From NCBI GenBank assembly GCA_964035545.1, contig OZ037765.1, positions 22,815,504-22,879,503 on the forward strand: a DNA stretch of 64,000 nucleotides, given 5' to 3'. The translations under genes and the position numbers were made by a program. Numbering within the stretch: position 1 is the stretch's first letter; each line of letters begins with the position of its first letter. This DNA comes from Bugula neritina (Eukaryota > Animalia > Bryozoa). Shown here in pieces: positions 58,497 to 64,000 of the stretch. A model generated the notes under the pieces. The model was not told the origin of the DNA. It searched no databases and saw only the letters and a program-made list of their open reading frames with translations.

Positions 58497-59468
58497 TCAA
58501 GATTTACTTTTTACTGACAGGAAATTGTGTGTAGCCTAATTTCAGGGTCAGCAAGAAATGTCAGGTCAAATTTTCCCTCCTTACAGTCTTGACCTCTAAA
58601 ATACTATATCCACAGCTTGTGTATATTTTACATTACTGTTTTATTAGCAGCTCAAGCTCTACCACGACTTTGTATAGAGCTGTTGAATATTGTAATTATT
58701 CTACCATGCATGCAACCTAGCAAAGCAGAATGCATGTACCAAATTCCTCACCTAATGCTACAATTGAAGCAGCTACCTACTGACCATTAGCACAAATTAT
58801 AATTCTATAAAAGTTAAGGTAGTGATTTCATTCTAAATAAAATACAGTTTTTGAAGCTGTAATTTTTAAACTTTTATATATCAAGAGTTTTTGAAGTTTT
58901 AATTCACCAGAGCAATTTTAGATTAACTTTATTTTTTCATGAAAATAACTTAATACTTGAACATTTAATGATTTTTGCATGCTTCTCACCGGTTAATAGT
59001 AATTATTTGGTTGCCTAATTTAAGAATTTTGATAGTTCAAAGGTGTGACAGTTATAAGCAGTAAATTACTGGCAAGCAGGAAAGGAACTGCCTTCCTTAG
59101 ATTGATACCACATGCAACACGTGACTTATGGCAGCAAAAATTTTTCTTGTCCTATGCCTTTTTCTGCGCTAACACATTTCCACTTGTCAATACAAGTAAC
59201 TATATTTATAAATAAAAAGTGAATTAAAGAAATGTATATACATATTACGTTTACCTGCTGCTATATTTCAAAACTTTTATTAACTTAATTTATATAACAT
59301 TAAATATAATTTTAGATATTTTAGAGCATGCTATCAAAACAGCAGTACTACAAGTAAAGCAGGTATATATGATATATGAGCATTCATTATTGCCATTAAT
59401 ATTGAATTCTGGTATAGCATATACAGGAAATATTATGCTCAGCCTTGCGACTTGTACATGCAGTGCAT

Positions 59469-62400
59469 CTAGTCGAGCCAGGCTGATGGGATCCACTTGG
59501 CTTCTGAGCTGGTAGATTTGCTGAGATTCAATAAACTCACATAACTGTACATGAAGTCTGTGCTTACAACAGTCTCATCACATAACTCACTGTATGTTGA
59601 CTCAATGTGAGCAGCTCCTAAAACCATCTCTTCCATTTCAGTCAGCTACAAACAATATAATCTGTATAGAACACAAAACACATTTGCATCTGTTGTGTTT
59701 TAGAAAAACTTATGAACTTACGCATGGTAGCAAATTATACTATAAATACACCAAAATTTATTGCAACTTGCATACCAACTTTTGTTTTATGCAGATGGTT
59801 TTACACGATATTTCTTATTTGGATGATTTACTAGCAAGCGGTCATTAGTGGGCCCTGAGATATCATTACTGTGTAATTGTGATCCAGACTTATATTGTAT
59901 GTTGATAATGTAGTGAAAGTTTAGCAATGCAGTTGAGAGAGCAATGGACATCAGCATTATTATTATGAGCAGTAACATTGCTGCAATTTGTATTATGTGT
60001 ATATCATATGGTAAAAATTCATCAGGTTTATTTACTAATAGCAGATATATGTTGATAAATCTTACCGTTAACTTTTTAGTTGATTTCTCTCCAGTATACA
60101 CTTTTAACTGCTTTAACTTTTCTAGACTTGGTGGTTTGAGGAATACTACCAGCGGTTTGATAGCCGTACAGCGTAGAGTAGAGAGGGACTGTCAAAATCA
60201 ATAAATAAATTTAAAAAAAAAGAGTCACATCAGTTGAGCTGATTTAGTTTTTAAAAGTGAATTTCCTTGCTAATAACAGATTAGCAGTAAATAGTTACAA
60301 TTGTTGAGGATTTACTTTACTCCGTACGTTTAGTTTCTTTTGTTAAATATTGCCTATTTCTGTCATCATTGCTCTTGGTTTTACTTATGAATGTTACCTG
60401 TGCCCTCTGCTATACAAGTTACATTGCTGCATCACATCTATTGCATTGAGAGTATTCTTTATCTAAGTTGCATATATGTGATGTTATGTACAACTTTGGT
60501 AGTTTTATTAATTGGCCATTCCAATTATTTTTGTTATTTACAAAATTCAGACTACTTTAAGTCAAGAGTTTTGAATCTAGCACAGGAAATGGAGCTATGA
60601 CAGCCACTGACTCCACTAACCTGTGGTTGGCAGACCAACACGCAGGTTTGGCCACTGCTAATGATGCTACAAATACTATCTAAAGTAATCCCATACAGGT
60701 GCCCCTTGTATTCTCCATATTCCAGTAACCTAGCAACAGATAATCTTGAAAAAACATTGCTTCCAAGTTACACTATTACATAAATAATAATAAATTCTTA
60801 TAGGAAAGAAAGAAATTAGATTTTTTATAAGATCATAAAGAGTCGACATATTACTTCGTTTTATTAAAAGCAAATGTTTAGTGTTGATCATTTCACAGTT
60901 TGACTAATAAAATATTTTGAATGCTAGCATTTATTATATCATATTATATCAGCTGGAGATGATTTATACTAAATATATGTAAAGATATGTATGCATAAAT
61001 ATTGTTTTTATAACAACATATTAGCTATGTATATGCTTTGCATATTGTATACCTGTGAGATTGTATCATTTTTTCCATTTCACATTTGGATACAAAGTTA
61101 TATTCCTTGCCATCTGTTTCCAGAATCTTCTTAGGTCTAGAAGTGACTACAATTTGATTAAATAAAAAGTGCCTTGTGTCTACACTTAAGAATTTTTGTA
61201 TCCCATTGCTCAGCAAATTGTTAAATCTAAGTTCAATTATTGCAATTAATGCAATTTATAATTGAGAGAGGATCAGTTAATAATGGAATTTAGTATGGGG
61301 ATAGTTGCCCCCCCCCCCTCCATAGCATCAGTCAAATAGGAGAAACATGGGAATAGCTGCAATTCTTATTTTGTTTGAAACCAATTAGTCCAATTATTAT
61401 TTTAACAAACTGTGTCATGCACTATAACTTATTGAACACCTACCAGGAATAGGTGATGCATAGCTGGGATTCTCTCTAATAAGTTTTTGTTTGAGATCAT
61501 GCTTTCCCATACTGGGTGGACCTATCAATAAATAAGTAAGAATATTTTTTTTACTAAAAAGCATGACAAATATATGATGAACCAGCTGCTATATGTGACA
61601 CATACATTAACTAATACAAGCTTGCAGTCAGAAATCTCATGTAGTTTGACTTTCATAGACAGTCACTCATTTTGTGGAATGACTTTGCAATGAAAAACTC
61701 ACCAACTATAATAATTGGTCTCTTTTTGCCCTCTGGTGGGAGATACAGCTCAACCTCTTCATACAGAACCTTTGGTGAAAAGCATTGTATCTCTGGATCT
61801 ATTATAAAAAATACATATCTTTATTATTAGGTGCAAAAAAATATAAAGTCATACAGCTTTGTCTTTCTTTTTATAGGTGTATATATATATATATATACTT
61901 TACCAATTTAATACAAATAAAGCAATATAATGAGGTACAAACATAGTTTTGTAATATCATGTTGATATGAATTGTGTGTATGCAATTGAACTATCATCCT
62001 GTATATATTGCAAATTTTCATTTGCATCTGTGAAATGTATAGTTACTATTTAAAGCATCCTGTTACATAAGGTAATACTAAATTTACTAGATTAGTAGTC
62101 ATATACTATAGTTGATACATCAATGGGGCGCTGTTTAAAATATGAGCGCATAGTTCTCATAATGATAATTAATGTATATTGTAATTATTTTTTTATAGAA
62201 AAGAAACTTTTGTCCGTTGACAATTTAAACTTATAATATAATTATACAACGAAATATCTTATATTACCAACTGCCAGCTAAAAAATTCTCTACAGTTGGA
62301 AATTGCATTAAACTATGTTATCTGTAAATTATGGACGTGTTATAATGTTTCTGTAATTATTTTGTCAATAAAATATGCATCTTTGAGTGGCTCTATGACG

Positions 62401-63531
62401 AATACAAACATTTTACAACATTCAGAGTTTAGGTATTACCACAGTGTACAACAAAATGTTAGGGTGTTAATATTTTCTCCACTATAGACTGCCTTATGCA
62501 CGTGTTAGTACAATTACAGTCTGTTCAATGTACACCATCGCAAAGGCAGGATGAGCAAAGCTAATGGAATTGTAAGCTACATAAAAATGTTGTATAAAAT
62601 AAATAAAATTATGCTATGGCAAGACTATGTGATACTCTCTAATACCTTCATCAGATGGATAAAACTCAATACAGCCTGAAAATGGAATATATAAACATGT
62701 AAACAAAAATATAAGCTATGAAAATTCCTTTACAAAGCATGTTAAATGATATGCAGGCGTTAGCCACTGACACAGTTCTTCAGTAAAATTATAGAAATGT
62801 CCTTTAGTAAATTAATTAGTTAAACTTTAGCATCGATGAGCAGCCATTGATACATGCTAATAGTTTAACTATGCAACTACATAACTATGTGACTATGCAA
62901 CTACTAACTATGTAGCTATGTAACTATGTAGCTATGTAACTATGTAACTATGTGACTATGTAACTATGTGACTGTATAACTACGTAACAGTATCACAGCT
63001 AGCTTAGTGTAAGCTTTATTACCATCTTTGATGTCTGCTTTATAGGAAAACTTCTTCGACTTTTTGTTCAGCTTCCTTTGAAATCTTGGGCTCAGTAAAC
63101 CACCTACTCAATAAAACAAAGCTCACTTGCAACAAGCCTTTAAACACAAGGTTGTGTGAGTTAAGGACTGTTCTTTTAAAAGAAAAACCTATTTTGCAGG
63201 TTTGGACAAGGTTTCAGACTGCTGTCAATCTTATCTACAAAATTGTGTTGAATTTACGCCCATGATACATAAATATCGGTTACATGAACTGCAGTTTTAT
63301 TATGTAACTTGGATAAAGACCATAACAGCAATTTATTTATTTTGAATTGATTGCATTTTGTGAAACACTCTTCGCATAGTTTTTTGCAATATATAATTGG
63401 TACACAATTTATGCTACAGACCTGCAGTTGTTGGTGTTAACTTTGAAACTGGAGGAGAGAATTTTCTTGAAAAATTAGGACTGCATGGAAAGCCTCTGGC
63501 AGCAGAGTTGTTGTATGTTTCAGTTGCCCTT
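59469..63531 (-). CDS. MAGUK p55 subfamily protein (MPP7-like), HOOK + guanylate-kinase domains; 5' part beyond window end
   Basis: Exons ~63531-63422, 63102-63023, 62675-62645, 61798-61703, ~61521-61444, ~61148-61052, ~60729-60621, 60188-60066, 59645-59469: YEEV..RPIIIVGPPSMGK, TSRP...DGKEYNFVS, LEYGEYKGHLYG, KPLVVFLKPPS, ending KWIPSAWLD*. Confidence 0.85.
62865..62987 (+). repeat. (TAACTATG)n 8-bp tandem repeat
   Basis: Repeated TAACTATG/TGACTATG/TAGCTATG units in an MPP intron. Confidence 0.9.
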
Positions 63532-64000
63532 CTAAAATGTAGCATACACAACAGTTATGACTCTCGATGCCTGTAGAAAGCAGAAAATTAACAGTTAATG
63601 GGGTTCACCACACTAAATGAACATGTTTGAGTTATCAAACAAACATTATAGTTACACCCTAAGCTTACCACTTTGTTGTTTGTTTTCTTTATTTCCATCA
63701 AAAAAAACAAAAGGACAAAAAAAATACAAATATACAACAGTAACACAAAAAGAGCTAAATTCAATTTATATATAATATCAATCGAAGTCAAGATGGGGGC
63801 CCATGTGCTCAGTAGCATAGCTATTCAAGGAGCGGGCCCAAGTGGCAGTTGAAAAAATAGTGGGAACTATTTATTCAGATTAAGTTAAAGATTTTAGTAG
63901 GTGCTTTTTCAACAATATTTTAAATGTGGCAAAGCTTTGATGATGTCTTAAAGTCAGAAGTAGTTTATTCCAATTGCTAGACATCTGGTAGGACACTTGA

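Overview
AT-rich, intron-rich animal (invertebrate, possibly lophotrochozoan) genomic DNA; all gene models were spliced by hand from GT/GC-AG sites and reading-frame continuity, and family calls rest on recalled motifs, not database searches. Nine host genes lie in strictly alternating orientation: ORC1-like (-, runs off the left edge), PRPF38A (+), RPL14 (-), CDKL2-like kinase (+), SMYD5 (-), MBOAT7 (+), HAP40/F8A (-), a methylthioribose-kinase-like pseudokinase (+) and an MPP/p55 MAGUK (-, runs off the right edge). Two intact multi-exon genes are nested antisense in introns: a GalNAc-T-like protein lacking catalytic motifs (in CDKL intron 1) and a small secreted Cys-module/mucin-like protein (in the last SMYD5 intron). 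A 14.8-kb SMYD5 intron is a pile of mobile elements: two Gypsy remnants, an intron-containing DDE transposase, a C2H2-ZNF relic, BEL-like and Harbinger relics, and a near-intact piggyBac-family element with an ATAT (not TTAA) target duplication. Most notable observations: a Hub1/UBL5-binding HIND motif on an animal Prp38, the ORC1-PRPF38A head-to-head pair, a GC-AG intron in RPL14 competing with a stop-creating GT donor, a tandemly multiplied splice acceptor in MBOAT7, two predicted pseudoenzymes, and low-complexity AGTATT/AATACT-type tracts that flank the divergent promoters. No rRNA, tRNA or CRISPR features were seen, and nothing here can be claimed as a wholly new system from sequence alone.
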